This document shows positions 37,414 through 48,506 of a DNA stretch of 64,000 nucleotides, in pieces; position 1 is the stretch's first letter, and each line of letters opens with the position of its first letter. Origin of the DNA: Paracoccaceae bacterium (GTDB lineage: Bacteria > Pseudomonadota > Alphaproteobacteria > Rhodobacterales > Rhodobacteraceae); the NCBI GenBank assembly GCA_009773055.1, contig WOUW01000010.1:2448-66447 (forward strand), given 5' to 3'. Made by a program: the position numbers and the translations under genes. The notes beneath the pieces were generated by a model. The model made no database searches, was not told the origin of the DNA, and saw only the letters and a program-made list of their open reading frames with translations.

Positions 37414-38388
37414 ATGCTGGATCATGCGATGAAACCGACCGAGGAAGTCTCGGTCCGCGATGTGTTCGGGATCGACACCGACATGCGTGTGAAGGGCTTT
37501 GCCGAGCGCACCGACCGCGTGCCCGATATCGACCCGACCTACAAGTTCGACCCCGATACGACTTTGGCGATTCTCGCGGGCTTTGCCTACAACCGGCGGG
37601 TGATGATCCAGGGCTATCACGGGACGGGCAAATCGACGCATATCGAGCAGGTTGCGGCGCGGCTGCAATGGCCCTGCGTGCGGGTAAACCTGGACAGCCA
37701 CATCAGCCGGATCGACCTGATCGGCAAGGACGCGATCAAGCTGCGCGACGGCAAGCAGGTGACGGAGTTCCACGAGGGCATCCTGCCCTGGGCGCTGCGC
37801 AACCCCGTTGCCATCGTCTTCGACGAATATGATGCGGGCCGGGCCGACGTGATGTTCGTGATCCAGCGCGTGCTGGAGCATGACGGCAAACTGACGCTGC
37901 TGGACCAGAACGAGATCATCACGCCGCACCCCAGTTTCCGCCTGTTCGCGACGTCGAACACGGTGGGTCTTGGGGATACGACGGGGCTTTATCACGGGGT
38001 CCAGCAGATCAACCAGGCGCAGATGGACCGCTGGTCGCTGGTGGCGACGCTGAACTACCTGAGCCATGACGCGGAAACCGCGATCGTGCTGGCGAAAAGC
38101 CCGCACTACAACACCGACAAGGGCCGCAAGACCATCAGCCAGATGGTGACCGTCGCCGACCTGACGCGGACGGCGTTCATGAACGGCGATCTGTCGACGG
38201 TGATGAGCCCCCGGACGGTGCTGAACTGGGCTGCCAACGCCGAGATCTTCCGCAATGTAGGCTATGCCTTCCGACTGACCTTCCTGAACAAGTGCGACGA
38301 GCTGGAGCGTCAGACCGTGGCCGAGTTCTACCAACGCTGTTTCGCCGAGGAGCTGCCCGAGAGCGCGGCCAGCATGGCGATGAAGTAA
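37414..38388 (+). CDS. cobS: Cobaltochelatase subunit CobS (AAA+)
   Basis: GYHGTGKS (Walker A), FDEYDAGR and NQAQMDRW. Confidence 0.95.
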   Translation: MLDHAMKPTEEVSVRDVFGIDTDMRVKGFAERTDRVPDIDPTYKFDPDTTLAILAGFAYNRRVMIQGYHGTGKSTHIEQVAARLQWPCVRVNLDSHISRIDLIGKDAIKLRDGKQVTEFHEGILPWALRNPVAIVFDEYDAGRADVMFVIQRVLEHDGKLTLLDQNEIITPHPSFRLFATSNTVGLGDTTGLYHGVQQINQAQMDRWSLVATLNYLSHDAETAIVLAKSPHYNTDKGRKTISQMVTVADLTRTAFMNGDLSTVMSPRTVLNWAANAEIFRNVGYAFRLTFLNKCDELERQTVAEFYQRCFAEELPESAASMAMK

Positions 38389-38389
38389 G

Positions 38390-38848
38390 ATGCGGGGGGC
38401 TTGGTTAGGCCGGGCCCTCGCGTTCCTGATAGGTGCGAACAATCTGGTGGCTTGCGTCCCGACGGCTGTCGCGATGCCCGGCGATCCTGCGGCTGCTCCC
38501 GGAAACGGGTGCCGCGTGACCTATGTCGTCGATGGAGACACGATCCACTTGGCCTGCCCGGGCACGGGTGAGGTCAAGGCGCGGCTGCTGGGTTTTGACA
38601 CGCCCGAGGTCTATTCGCCGGGTTGCAGCCAAGAGCTTGCCGCGGGACGTCAGGCGACAGAGATCCTGCGCGGGCTCCTGCGCAATGGCCCGATCACCGG
38701 CGCCCGATTTGCGGGCAACGACCGCTATGGCCGTGAGCTTGTCCAGCTGTGGGTTGGCGGCAGGGATGTCGCGCGCACGATGATCGCGACGGGATATGCC
38801 GTGCCCTATACGGGCGGGCGAAGCCCCGATTGGTGCCGGATGCTGTGA
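38390..38848 (+). CDS. Thermonuclease (SNase)-family protein, probable lipoprotein
   Basis: VVDGDTI, RLLGFDTPE, DRYGR and G.A..Y; LVAC. Confidence 0.85.
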   Translation: MRGAWLGRALAFLIGANNLVACVPTAVAMPGDPAAAPGNGCRVTYVVDGDTIHLACPGTGEVKARLLGFDTPEVYSPGCSQELAAGRQATEILRGLLRNGPITGARFAGNDRYGRELVQLWVGGRDVARTMIATGYAVPYTGGRSPDWCRML

Positions 38849-38916
38849 CATGGATTCTGTCGTAGAAGTTTTCATTTCGCCTTGAAAAGGGGCGATTCAT
38901 CGCGCCTCATGCTGAA

Positions 38917-39294
38917 ATGGCGCGCGGTTTGGAAACTTCTCTGGCCGTCTTCATGCTCGGGGTGATCCCTGCCTCCGGAGCGGCCGATCCCCTGTTGCGC
39001 GAGTTTGCGGTCTGCGCGGGGCGGCTTTCGGCGGTGATGGAAGATCAGTGGATGTTCGACGGGCCGGGGTCGGAGCAAACCGAGGCCGAGCTTCTGGCGA
39101 TGGTGTCGTTGATCGAAGCGTCGATGCCCGAGGGCGCGGGGCGGGAGGTAATGGCATGGCGGATCGACGCTAAGGTCGCGCAACGGGCATTGTTGCATCA
39201 GGCACGGTATTCCCAGGATGCGCGCATCGTGGAAACGGCAGCGGCCAGAGCCGAAGCCCTGGCCGCCGAATGTCGCGGGATGATCCTGAGCTAG
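38917..39294 (+). CDS. Conserved secreted hypothetical protein
   Basis: Signal peptide, FA.CAGRLSA..E.QW and RIDAK.AQ. Confidence 0.7.
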   Translation: MARGLETSLAVFMLGVIPASGAADPLLREFAVCAGRLSAVMEDQWMFDGPGSEQTEAELLAMVSLIEASMPEGAGREVMAWRIDAKVAQRALLHQARYSQDARIVETAAARAEALAAECRGMILS

Positions 39295-39303
39295 CTCAAG
39301 GCC

Positions 39304-39888
39304 TTAGCCGCGGGCAGCTTTGGTGGCGTGCGCCCACCAGACCACGTCATCGAGCATTGCCTTGGCGGAGGGCGCGATCGAACCTTCGATGTCACCGAGG
39401 TTGCCGCTGCCGCCAAATCCCGGGTGGACCTTGAAGAAGTCACCGCCGCCGATGCGGACGTTGTTGCGGGTCGGGACCATCTGCAGCTCGACGCCGATGT
39501 TCTGCAGGTGACCCAGCGCGTTGGCACCGCCCATCGAGCCGTAGGCGATAGCGCCCATCGGCTTTTTCGCCCATTCGACATAGGCTTGGTCCAGCGCGTT
39601 CTTCAGCTCGCCGGTGACCGAGCGGTTGTATTCGGCGACGACGAAGATGTAGCCGTCAAACTCGCCGACTTTCTTCTGCCAGGCCACGGCGGCCGGGTCT
39701 TGCGAGGGGGCCCAGGCGTTCGAGGCGACTTCGGCGAAGAAGGGCAGCTTGTGGTCGCGGAGGTCCACGACCTCGACGTCGATGTCGCCGCGGGCTTCAG
39801 CCTGGGCCTTGATCCAGGCGGTCGGGATGTCGGCAAAGCGGGTCGGGCGGGTCGAGGATACGATGATCGCGATTTTCGGGTTGGCCAT
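39304..39888 (-). CDS. NADPH-dependent FMN reductase
   Basis: STRP.R, EYN.S..G.LKNALD and W..KP...YG..GG. Confidence 0.88.
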   Translation of the reverse strand: MANPKIAIIVSSTRPTRFADIPTAWIKAQAEARGDIDVEVVDLRDHKLPFFAEVASNAWAPSQDPAAVAWQKKVGEFDGYIFVVAEYNRSVTGELKNALDQAYVEWAKKPMGAIAYGSMGGANALGHLQNIGVELQMVPTRNNVRIGGGDFFKVHPGFGGSGNLGDIEGSIAPSAKAMLDDVVWWAHATKAARG

Positions 39889-40038
39889 TGGTCAGGTTCC
39901 TTGGCTGAGTTTCTGCATGCGGTGCCGTGGTATGTGGGGTGAAGGGGGGGCCTGCCAATTCCACACTCCCGCGCCGGGTCTGTGCGAGGGCGCACGGGGG
40001 CGCTTGCTCACGCCGCCGGGTGGTGCTTTATCTGGGAT

Positions 40039-41916
40039 ATGAGCAACCGCAGCGACAACCCCGCAGATCCGTTCAAGAAAGCTCTGGCTGAGGCCACGCG
40101 CACGATGGCGGATGACCCCGAGATGACCGTGACCTATTCGGTCGATCCTGCGGGCATGAACAAGGAAGGCGTGCGACTGCCGCAGGTTTCGCGGCGGATG
40201 ACGCGGGACGAGGTGCTGCTGGCGCGGGGCACGGCAGATGCATTTGCCTTGCGGCGGAAGTATCATGACGACGCCGTGGCGACACGCTATGCCCCGACGG
40301 GCCCCTTGGCGCGCGATATCTACGACGCGATGGAAAACGCACGCTGCGAGGCGGTCGGTGCGCTTGCGATGCCGGGGACGGCTGGCAACATCGAGGCGAA
40401 GATCGGCAACGAAGCAGACCGCAAGGGCTATGGCCAGGTGACGCAGGCCAGCGAAGTGCCGCTGCCGGTCGCGGCGGGCTATCTCGTGCGGCAGATGGCC
40501 ACCGGACGGGCCCTGCCGAAGTCGGCAGAGCATGCGGCGGACCTTTGGCGCGGCTTTGTCGAGGAACAAGCGGGCGAGACGCTGTCCAACCTCGACAATG
40601 TCCTGGGCGACCAGGCGGCCTTTGCGCGGCTGACGCGGAAGGTGATTGCCGACCTTGGCTATGGCGACCAGTTGGGTGACGACCCCGACGCGCCGGAAGA
40701 CGCCGGCGACGATCAGGCCGAGGAGGACCAGGACAGCCCGGATTCGGCCGGCGAAGAGCAGGAGGAATCCGAGGACAGCGAGGCGTCGCCCGAGCGGTCG
40801 CAGGAAGACCAGCAGGACCAGTCCCAGGCGCAGGTCACGATGGAAGACAGCGCCGACATGGAGCAGGGCGACGAGGCGGAGCTGCCCGAGGGCGAGGCCC
40901 CGCTGGAGCCGCCGCCGCCCGCCCCGCATTCGGACGCCGATCCGAACTACGGCGTCTATACCACGGATTTCGATGAGGAAATCAAGGCCGAGGAACTTGC
41001 TGAACCCGCCGAACTGGAGCGTCTGCGCGCCTATCTGGACCAGCAGCTTGAGCCCTTGAAGGGGGCCGTCAGCCGGTTGGCGAACAAGCTGCAGCGTCGC
41101 TTGCAGGCGCAGCAGAACCGGTCGTGGCTGTTCGATCTGGAGGAAGGCACGCTGGACGCCGGGCGACTGGCCCGGGTGGTGGCGAACCCGACGACTCCGC
41201 TGAGCTTCAAGCAGGAGAAGGACACGGAGTTCCGCGATACTTGCGTGACGTTGCTCCTCGATAACTCGGGGTCGATGCGGGGGCGGCCGATTTCCATCGC
41301 GGCGATCTGCGCGGATGTGCTGGCCCGGACGCTGGAGCGGTGTTCGGTTAAGGTCGAGATCCTGGGCTTTACCACGCGGGCCTGGAAAGGTGGGCAGTCA
41401 CGCGAACGGTGGCTGGCACAAGGACGGCCGCAGGTGCCGGGACGGCTGAACGACCTGCGGCACATCATCTACAAATCGGCGGACGCGCCGTGGCGTCGGG
41501 TGCGACCGAACCTTGGGCTGATGATGAAAGAGGGACTGCTGAAGGAAAACATCGACGGCGAGGCGCTGGAATGGGCACACCGGCGGATGCTGGCGCGGCC
41601 CGAGGCGCGCAAGATCATGATGGTGATTTCCGACGGGGCGCCGGTGGACGATTCGACGCTGTCGGTGAACCCGGCGAGCTATCTGGAAAAGCACCTGCGC
41701 GATGTGATCGCGATGGTCGAACGGCGGCGGGCGGTGGAGTTGATCGCGATCGGCATCGGGCATGACGTGACGCGCTATTATCAACGGGCAGTGACCATCA
41801 CGGACGTCGAGCAGTTGGCGGGGGCGATGACCGAGCAGTTGGCGGGTCTGTTCGAGGTGGACCCGAAGAAACGCGCCCGGGCGCTGGGGATGCGGCGGGC
41901 CGGGGCGGGCCCCTGA
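40039..41916 (+). CDS. cobT: Cobaltochelatase subunit CobT (vWA)
   Basis: DNPADPFK, acidic linker, [12 protein letters not shown] (MIDAS), KENIDGEA and [11 protein letters not shown]. Confidence 0.95.
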   Translation: MSNRSDNPADPFKKALAEATRTMADDPEMTVTYSVDPAGMNKEGVRLPQVSRRMTRDEVLLARGTADAFALRRKYHDDAVATRYAPTGPLARDIYDAMENARCEAVGALAMPGTAGNIEAKIGNEADRKGYGQVTQASEVPLPVAAGYLVRQMATGRALPKSAEHAADLWRGFVEEQAGETLSNLDNVLGDQAAFARLTRKVIADLGYGDQLGDDPDAPEDAGDDQAEEDQDSPDSAGEEQEESEDSEASPERSQEDQQDQSQAQVTMEDSADMEQGDEAELPEGEAPLEPPPPAPHSDADPNYGVYTTDFDEEIKAEELAEPAELERLRAYLDQQLEPLKGAVSRLANKLQRRLQAQQNRSWLFDLEEGTLDAGRLARVVANPTTPLSFKQEKDTEFRDTCVTLLLDNSGSMRGRPISIAAICADVLARTLERCSVKVEILGFTTRAWKGGQSRERWLAQGRPQVPGRLNDLRHIIYKSADAPWRRVRPNLGLMMKEGLLKENIDGEALEWAHRRMLARPEARKIMMVISDGAPVDDSTLSVNPASYLEKHLRDVIAMVERRRAVELIAIGIGHDVTRYYQRAVTITDVEQLAGAMTEQLAGLFEVDPKKRARALGMRRAGAGP

Positions 41917-41944
41917 ACGATAGCTGTGCAAGGGAAAGCGGCCG

Positions 41945-43744
41945 ATGTTTCAAAGCTTTGAGAGCCATGCTTCACCTGACCAGGGGCCGCCGCGGCTGTC
42001 GGCGTTGCGCGCGCGGTTGCGGGATATGGGACTTGCCGGGTTCATCGTGCCCCGGTCCGATGTGCATCAGGGCGAGTATGTCGCGGCGCGGGATGAAAGG
42101 CTGCAATGGCTGACCGGGTTCACCGGATCGGCCGGGTTCTGCATCGTGCTGCCGGACGTGGCGGGGGTGTTCATCGACGGGCGCTACCGGACACAGGTGA
42201 AGGCGCAGGTTGACCTTGGGTCGTTCACCCCGGTCCCCTGGCCAGAGGTGAAGCCGGGCGACTGGGTCCGAGAGAAGCTGGCGGCGGGTGTGGTCGGGTT
42301 CGACCCCTGGCTGCATACGGCGGATGAGGTCGAAAGACTTCAGAAGACGGTTGAAGGAACGGGCGTAAGCATTTCTGCTGTCAGTGGAAATCCGGTGGAC
42401 ATGATCTGGCCGGATCAGCCTGCGGCACCGATGGGGATGGCTTTTGCCCATCCGGTCGAACTGGCCGGGGAAAGCCATGCGGACAAGCGCGCCCGACTGG
42501 CCGAGGGACTGCGGAAGGCGGAACAGACGGCGGCGGTGATCACGCTGCCGGATTCGCTTTGCTGGCTATTGAACATCCGGGGCGCAGATGTGCCGAAGAA
42601 CCCGGTGCTGCATGGCTTTGCGGTGCTGCGGGATGATGGGCGGGTCGATCTGTTCGTGAACCCGCCGAAGCTGGATGACGCCGTGCGGGCCCATCTGGGG
42701 CCGGAGGTCACGTTGCATCCGGCCGAGGCCTTCGTGGGTGCGCTGACCGGGCTGCGGGGGCCAGTAAGGGTGGACAAGGGAACGGCGCCGATTGCAGTTT
42801 CGGATATCCTGAAAGGCGCGGGAGTGGACGTCGTCTGGGGCGATGACCCCTGCCGCCTGCCCAAGGCCTGCAAGAACGCCGCCGAGATCGCCGCCACGCG
42901 CGAGGCGCATCTGCGCGACGGCGCGGCGATGGTGGAGTTTCTGCGCTGGCTCGATGAGGCGTCGCCTTCGGGCGGGTTGACCGAAATTTCGGTAGTGACC
43001 GCGCTGGAGGGGTTCCGGCGGGCGACGAATGCGCTGCATGACATCAGCTTTGACACGATCTGCGGCGCCGGGCCGAACGGCGCGATCATGCATTACCGGG
43101 TGACCGAGGAGACCAACCGCCCAGTGCAGCAGAACGAGCTTCTGCTGGTCGATTCGGGGGCGCAGTATGTCGACGGAACGACAGACATCACCCGGACTGT
43201 GGCCATCGGTGATCCGGGTCAGGAGGCGCGAGAGTGCTATACGCGGGTGTTGCAGGGGCTGATCGCGATCAGCCGGGTGCGGTTTCCGAAGGGGCTGCCG
43301 GGGCGTGACATCGACGCGCTGGCGCGGTTCAACCTGTGGGTTGCCGGGCAGGACTATGACCACGGCACCGGGCATGGCGTGGGGGCGTTCCTGTCGGTGC
43401 ATGAAGGGCCGCAGCGGATTTCGCGCGTCTCGGAAGTATCGCTGGAGCCCGGGATGATCCTGTCGAACGAACCGGGCTATTACCGGGAAGGTGCTTTCGG
43501 AATCCGGCTGGAGAACCTGATCGTGGTGCAGGAGGCCCCTGCCCTGGGTGACAACCGGGCGCAGATGTCCTTCGAGACGCTGACCTTCGTGCCGTTTGAT
43601 CGCCGCCTGATCCTGCGCGCGGAGCTGTCACCTGGCGAGGTACGCTGGCTGGATGCCTACCACGCCGAGGTGCTGGAAAAACTTGGCAACCGCGTGTCGG
43701 GTGCTACCCTTGGGTGGTTGAAGGGCGCTTGCGCCCCAATCTGA
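41945..43744 (+). CDS. Aminopeptidase P family (M24B)
   Basis: TGFTGSAG, DSG.QY.DGTTD.TRT, HGTGHGVG, VHEGP and EPGYY. Confidence 0.92.
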   Translation: MFQSFESHASPDQGPPRLSALRARLRDMGLAGFIVPRSDVHQGEYVAARDERLQWLTGFTGSAGFCIVLPDVAGVFIDGRYRTQVKAQVDLGSFTPVPWPEVKPGDWVREKLAAGVVGFDPWLHTADEVERLQKTVEGTGVSISAVSGNPVDMIWPDQPAAPMGMAFAHPVELAGESHADKRARLAEGLRKAEQTAAVITLPDSLCWLLNIRGADVPKNPVLHGFAVLRDDGRVDLFVNPPKLDDAVRAHLGPEVTLHPAEAFVGALTGLRGPVRVDKGTAPIAVSDILKGAGVDVVWGDDPCRLPKACKNAAEIAATREAHLRDGAAMVEFLRWLDEASPSGGLTEISVVTALEGFRRATNALHDISFDTICGAGPNGAIMHYRVTEETNRPVQQNELLLVDSGAQYVDGTTDITRTVAIGDPGQEARECYTRVLQGLIAISRVRFPKGLPGRDIDALARFNLWVAGQDYDHGTGHGVGAFLSVHEGPQRISRVSEVSLEPGMILSNEPGYYREGAFGIRLENLIVVQEAPALGDNRAQMSFETLTFVPFDRRLILRAELSPGEVRWLDAYHAEVLEKLGNRVSGATLGWLKGACAPI

Positions 43745-43753
43745 GGAGCCACC

Positions 43754-44095
43754 ATGTCCAGCCATATCACGATCACGCCGATTGAAGGGCCGGTTTCGAT
43801 CGCTGCCGGGAAGATCTCTCTGGGGGAAAGCCGGAACGCGCTTGAGATGCGGGAGGGGGGCTATCCCCCGGTCGTCTATGTCCCGCGCGGGGATATCGCT
43901 ATGGGCAAGCTGAAGCGGACCACCCGGGCGACAACCTGCCCCTGGAAGGGTCAGGCGAGCTATTATTCGATCACCACGCCGGACGGGGTGCTGGACAACG
44001 CGGTCTGGTCCTATGAGGAGCCCAAGGCAGATGTGGCGCAGATTGCGGGGCATCTGGCGTTCTACACCGACCGGGTGACGGTCACGCGCGGCTAG
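43754..44095 (+). CDS. DUF427 protein
   Basis: TTCPWKG.ASY, AVWSYE.P and IAGH.AFY. Confidence 0.88.
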   Translation: MSSHITITPIEGPVSIAAGKISLGESRNALEMREGGYPPVVYVPRGDIAMGKLKRTTRATTCPWKGQASYYSITTPDGVLDNAVWSYEEPKADVAQIAGHLAFYTDRVTVTRG

Positions 44096-44492
44096 CGGCT
44101 TCCTCGCGGATGCGCTGGACCATGGCGCGCAACCCGTTCGAGCGCTGGCTTGAGAGGTGGTCGTTCAGACCAAGCCGGCCCAGTTCGGCGACGGCGTCGA
44201 CTTTGGCGACCTCTGCGACGGGCAGGCCCGAGTACAGCGCATGAAGGACAGCGATCAGGCCGCGGACGATCATCGCGTCCGAGTCTCCCTGAAAGTCGAA
44301 ACTTTGGTTTTCGATCATCGGACGCAGCCAGACCTGGCTGGCGCAGCCCTGCACCTTGAGCGCTGGCACCTTGAAACTGTCGTCCAGGGGCGGCATCGCC
44401 TTGCCCAGTTCGATGACATGGCGGTAACGCTCTTCCCAGTCGTCGAGGAAGTCGAAGGTTTCGGCGATCTCTTCAAAGGCTTGGGTGGCCAT
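44082..44492 (-). CDS. sufE: SufE-family cysteine desulfuration protein
   Basis: DWEERY, V.GCASQVW, DSDA.IV.GL and LS.QRSNGL. Confidence 0.9.
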   Translation of the reverse strand: MATQAFEEIAETFDFLDDWEERYRHVIELGKAMPPLDDSFKVPALKVQGCASQVWLRPMIENQSFDFQGDSDAMIVRGLIAVLHALYSGLPVAEVAKVDAVAELGRLGLNDHLSSQRSNGLRAMVQRIREEAASRA

Positions 44493-44611
44493 CATGCTCT
44501 CCAACGCTGAAGGTGAGGTAAGGCGGGGTGCACCAAAGGTCCAGCCCAAGATGCGCTTTTCAAACGTCGCCCCATCGGCTACCCAAGGGGCAACGCATCA
44601 GGAAAGCCACC

Positions 44612-45070
44612 ATGACCCTGTCCCGCCGTCATCTTGTTCTTGGCCTTGGCGTCGCTCTTGCCGGATGCGGGGGTTTTCGCGAAAGCAAGCTGAACCCTCG
44701 CAACTGGTTCAGGAAGTCCCAGCCGCGCGATGCAATCGTCCTGCCGGGTAAAAAGGCCGATCCGCGGGGGCTGGTCGACGCCGTTGTATCGTTGTCGGTC
44801 GAGCCGATGCCGGGCGGCGCAATCGTGCGGGCACGGGGGCAGTTGCCAGTTCAGGGCTACTGGCAGGCCGAGCTGGTGCCGCAGCCAGTGAGCGACGATG
44901 GCTCGCTGGTCTACGAGTTCCGCATTTCGCCACCGCCCGGCAGAACGGACGCCAACACCCCGCAGTCGCGGCAGGTCGATGTTGCCACCTTCATCTCGGA
45001 TGTGAAGCTGTCGAACGTGCGCGAGATTGTGGTTCAGGGTGCCACCAACGCGCGAGCATCGCGCCGGTAA
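44612..45070 (+). CDS. Hypothetical lipoprotein with twin-arginine leader
   Basis: SRRHLV...LAGC; S.LNP.NWF. Confidence 0.7.
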   Translation: MTLSRRHLVLGLGVALAGCGGFRESKLNPRNWFRKSQPRDAIVLPGKKADPRGLVDAVVSLSVEPMPGGAIVRARGQLPVQGYWQAELVPQPVSDDGSLVYEFRISPPPGRTDANTPQSRQVDVATFISDVKLSNVREIVVQGATNARASRR

Positions 45071-45111
45071 GCGGGACGGTCTGCCTTTTGCGCCGTTTCG
45101 CCTGCGCCTCC

Positions 45112-46266
45112 TCAGAGATGGACGACACGGACCTCGTTGCCCTTCGCCGAAAGCGCGATCTCGCCCTTGCAAAGCCGGATTGCGTCGTCGCCGAAAGCTT
45201 CACGCCGCCAGCCTGCCAGCGCAGGAACCTCGCGTTCTCCGGCGGCGATCAGGTCAAGATCGGCTGAGGAGGCTATCAGGCGGGGGGCGACGCCGAGGCT
45301 TTCGGATTTGGCCTTCAGAAGCACACGCAGAAGGTCGGCCAATGCCGGGTTGACCTGCATCTGGTCGCGCGAGGTTTCGACCCGGGGAATGTCTTCGGGC
45401 CGCATTTCGAGGCCTTCCTTCACGGCGGAAAGGATGCCTTCGGCGATCTCGGGCTTGCGGCCTTCGCGCAGAAGAAGGCGCGAGCGGCCCAACTCCTCGA
45501 CCGTGGAGGGCCGGGTCGAGGCGAGTTCGAGAAGGGCGTCATCCTTCATCACGCGGCTGCGCGGCACGTTCTGACCCTGGGCATAGGCTTCGCGGAAGCG
45601 CGCAAGCGCCTTGACCACGGCCAGAAAGCGGCCCGAGGTGGTGCGGGTCTTGATCCGCTGCCAAGCCTCATCCGGGGCGACGGTATAAGTCGCGGGATCG
45701 GTCAGGACGGCAAGCTCTTCGGCCACCCAGTCAGCGCGGCCGTTCTTCTTCAACTGCGCGGCGAGCCATTCGTAGATGCCCCGCAGGTGGGTCACGTCGG
45801 CCAGCGCATATTCCTTCTGCGCGTCCGATAGCGGTCGGCGCGACCAGTCGGTGAAGCGCGAGGTCTTGTCGAGGTCGGCGCGGGCGATCTTCTTGACCAG
45901 GGTTTCATAGCCGACCTGTTCGCCAAAGCCGCAGACCATTGCGGCGATCTGGGTATCGAAAAGGGGTTTGGGAAAGACTCCGCCTTCGACGAAGAAGATC
46001 TCCAGGTCCTGCCGGGCGGCGTGAAAGACCTTCACGGTCGCCTCGTGGCGGAAGAGGTCGTAAAGCGGTTCGAGCGACATCTCGTCGCCCTCGATCGGGT
46101 CGATGAGCACAGCCTCGCCCGCGCCGGGAAGCGCCATCTGGATCAGACACAGCTTGGACCAGTACGTGCGTTCGCGCAGGAATTCGGTGTCGATGGTGAC
46201 GAAGGGCTGGCTTTTGGCAAGCGCGCAATAGTCGGCGAGGTCTTCGGTCGTGGTGATCGTGCGCAT
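45112..46266 (-). CDS. rnd: Ribonuclease D
   Basis: IDTEF.RE.TY, HAARQDLE, FDTQIAA, DWS.RPL and YA.ADV; HRDC region. Confidence 0.95.
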   Translation of the reverse strand: MRTITTTEDLADYCALAKSQPFVTIDTEFLRERTYWSKLCLIQMALPGAGEAVLIDPIEGDEMSLEPLYDLFRHEATVKVFHAARQDLEIFFVEGGVFPKPLFDTQIAAMVCGFGEQVGYETLVKKIARADLDKTSRFTDWSRRPLSDAQKEYALADVTHLRGIYEWLAAQLKKNGRADWVAEELAVLTDPATYTVAPDEAWQRIKTRTTSGRFLAVVKALARFREAYAQGQNVPRSRVMKDDALLELASTRPSTVEELGRSRLLLREGRKPEIAEGILSAVKEGLEMRPEDIPRVETSRDQMQVNPALADLLRVLLKAKSESLGVAPRLIASSADLDLIAAGEREVPALAGWRREAFGDDAIRLCKGEIALSAKGNEVRVVHL

Positions 46267-46399
46267 GGGGCTTGCCTTTCGCCGCGGGGTCATCCCGCTT
46301 ATTTCCGCGTCGCTATAGGCGGGACCGGCGGAAAAGAAAAGAGCCGGGGTTGTGGTGGCGACGCTGGCGTGGCTTGCTGGCGCTTTCGTGGAGGGCGCG

Positions 46400-46762
46400 A
46401 TGCGAAGTCTGTGGCTGATGGCAGGACTTCTGTTGCTGGGTCTCGGGCTTATTGGGGTGGTGCTGCCGATCCTGCCGACGACGCCGTTCCTGCTGCTTGC
46501 GGCGGGGTGTTTCGCGAAGTCCTCGCCACGGTTACACCGCTGGCTGCTGGCACATCCGACGCTTGGGCCGCCGATCCGCAACTGGGAGAAGCACGGCGCG
46601 ATCTCGCGCCCGGCCAAGCGGTTGGCGGTGGGCAGCATGGCGGTGGTGTTCGCGGGGTCGCTTTGGTTCGGGCTGGCCTGGCCGCTGCTACTGGCGCAAG
46701 GCACGCTGATCGCGGTGGGCTGCGGGTTCGTGCTGTCGCGGCCGGACGGGCCGTCAGCTTAG
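46400..46762 (+). CDS. YbaN/DUF454 inner membrane protein
   Basis: LPILPTTPFLLLAA.CF..SS.R. Confidence 0.88.
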   Translation: MRSLWLMAGLLLLGLGLIGVVLPILPTTPFLLLAAGCFAKSSPRLHRWLLAHPTLGPPIRNWEKHGAISRPAKRLAVGSMAVVFAGSLWFGLAWPLLLAQGTLIAVGCGFVLSRPDGPSA

Positions 46763-47341
46763 GGTGACGGGCGTGCGGTCCCCGGCGGCAAAGCGGCGCA
46801 GGACGGCGGGGTAGAGGCGATGTTCCTGGGTCAGGACGCGGGCAGCGAGGGTGTCTTCAGTGTCGCCGGGAAGGACGGGGACGCGGGCCTGTCCGAGGAT
46901 GGGACCGGCGTCGAGATCGGCGGTTACCTCGTGAACGGTACAGCCGGCCTCACTGTCGCCTGCGGCAAGGGCGCGGGCGTGGGTGTGAAGGCCCGGGTAT
47001 TTCGGCAAGAGCGAGGGGTGGATGTTCAGCATCCGGCCCTGATAGCGGCGGATGAAGCCGGGCGTAAGGATGCGCATGAAACCCGCAAGGCAGAGGATGT
47101 CCGGGTTTGCGGCGTCGATATGGGTGATGAGGGCGGCCTCGAAAGCCGCGCGGCTGGGATAGTCGCGGTGGTCGACAGCGGCAGTCGGGAGGCCTAGGGC
47201 GGCGGCTTTCTGGAGGCCCGCGGCGATGGGGTCGTTCGACGCGACGAGGACAGGGCGCGCGGGATGGTCGCCCGCCATGTCCCGCACCAGCGCCACCATG
47301 TTCGAGCCACCCCCGGAAATCAGGATGGCGACGCGCTTCAA
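46754..47341 (-). CDS. purN: Phosphoribosylglycinamide formyltransferase
   Basis: [24 protein letters not shown] and GCTVH.V...LD.GPI. Confidence 0.96.
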   Translation of the reverse strand: MKRVAILISGGGSNMVALVRDMAGDHPARPVLVASNDPIAAGLQKAAALGLPTAAVDHRDYPSRAAFEAALITHIDAANPDILCLAGFMRILTPGFIRRYQGRMLNIHPSLLPKYPGLHTHARALAAGDSEAGCTVHEVTADLDAGPILGQARVPVLPGDTEDTLAARVLTQEHRLYPAVLRRFAAGDRTPVTLS

Positions 47342-48384
47342 AGAAGCTTGCCCCGGTAGATGACCCCCTGCCCTTCGACGATCCGGCCAAGGCGGGTGAC
47401 GGTTTCACCTTCGCCCTGGAGGAGCGCAGTCAGGCTGTCGGCTTCCGCTTCGGCGACGACGAGGATCATGCCGATGCCGCAGTTGAAGGTTTTCAGAAGT
47501 TCGGGTTCCGACATGTTGGCGGTCTGGGCGAGCCAACGGAAGTCAGGCGGCAGCTGCCATGACCCGAGGTCGATCTCGCAGGCGAGGCCTTCGGGCAGAA
47601 CGCGCGGGGGGTTCTCGGTCAGCCCGCCGCCGGTGATGTGGGCAAGGCCGTGGACCCCTCCGGCGCGAACGGCAGCGAGGGCCTGCTTGACGTAAAGGCG
47701 GGTGGGGGTCAGGAGGGCCTGGCCCAGAGTTCCATCCGAGAACGGCGAGGCTGCGTCCCAGCCCAGGCCGCTGAGTTCGACGACCTTACGGACGAAGCTG
47801 TAGCCGTTCGAATGGACTCCGCTGGAGGCGAGGCCGAGAAGGACGTCGCCCTTCTGGACGTCACGCGGCAGGTCCTGGCCGCGCTCCATCGCGCCGACCG
47901 CAAACCCGGCAAGGTCGAAGTCGCCTTTGTGGTACATGCCCGGCATCTCGGCGGTTTCCCCACCGATCAGCGCACAGCCGCTGTCGGCGCAGCCCTTGGC
48001 GATGCCGGTGATGATGCGGGCGGCCTGATCCACCTCAAGCTTGCCCGTGGCAAAATAGTCGAGGAAGAACAGCGGCTCGGCACCCTGGCAAACGAGGTCG
48101 TTGACGCACATCGCGACAAGGTCGATGCCGATGGTGTCGACATGGCCGGTGTCGATGGCGATGCGCAGCTTGGTGCCGACACCGTCGGTCGCAGCCACAA
48201 GGATCGGGTCCCGGTAGCCCGCAGCCTTGAGGTCAAAGAGCGCGCCGAAGCCGCCGAGGCCGCCCATAACGCCAGACCGGCTGGTGGATTTGGCGGCGGG
48301 CTTGATCCGGTCGACAAGGGCGTTTCCGGCGTCGATGTCCACCCCTGCATCCGCATAGGTCAGACCGTTGTGCCCTGCAGTCAT
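47338..48384 (-). CDS. purM: Phosphoribosylformylglycinamidine cyclo-ligase
   Basis: [28 protein letters not shown] and HITGGG. Confidence 0.96.
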   Translation of the reverse strand: MTAGHNGLTYADAGVDIDAGNALVDRIKPAAKSTSRSGVMGGLGGFGALFDLKAAGYRDPILVAATDGVGTKLRIAIDTGHVDTIGIDLVAMCVNDLVCQGAEPLFFLDYFATGKLEVDQAARIITGIAKGCADSGCALIGGETAEMPGMYHKGDFDLAGFAVGAMERGQDLPRDVQKGDVLLGLASSGVHSNGYSFVRKVVELSGLGWDAASPFSDGTLGQALLTPTRLYVKQALAAVRAGGVHGLAHITGGGLTENPPRVLPEGLACEIDLGSWQLPPDFRWLAQTANMSEPELLKTFNCGIGMILVVAEAEADSLTALLQGEGETVTRLGRIVEGQGVIYRGKLL

Positions 48385-48506
48385 CGCCCGCTCCTTCGCT
48401 GCCGCCCGTTCGCCCGTCCGCTACACCAGTTGCGGGGTATCGGCAACTGCGGGCTTGACGGGTTTCGCGGCTTGCTTGATGGCTTGGCGTAAGCCGGGGG
48501 TCGGGG

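Noticed and set aside
38390-39294. Nuclease plus small protein as a toxin-antitoxin or defence pair
   Set aside because: Both appear exported, they are not overlapping, and there are no TA or defence motifs.
40670-40940. Low-complexity acidic stretch in cobT
   Set aside because: Normal acidic linker of CobT.
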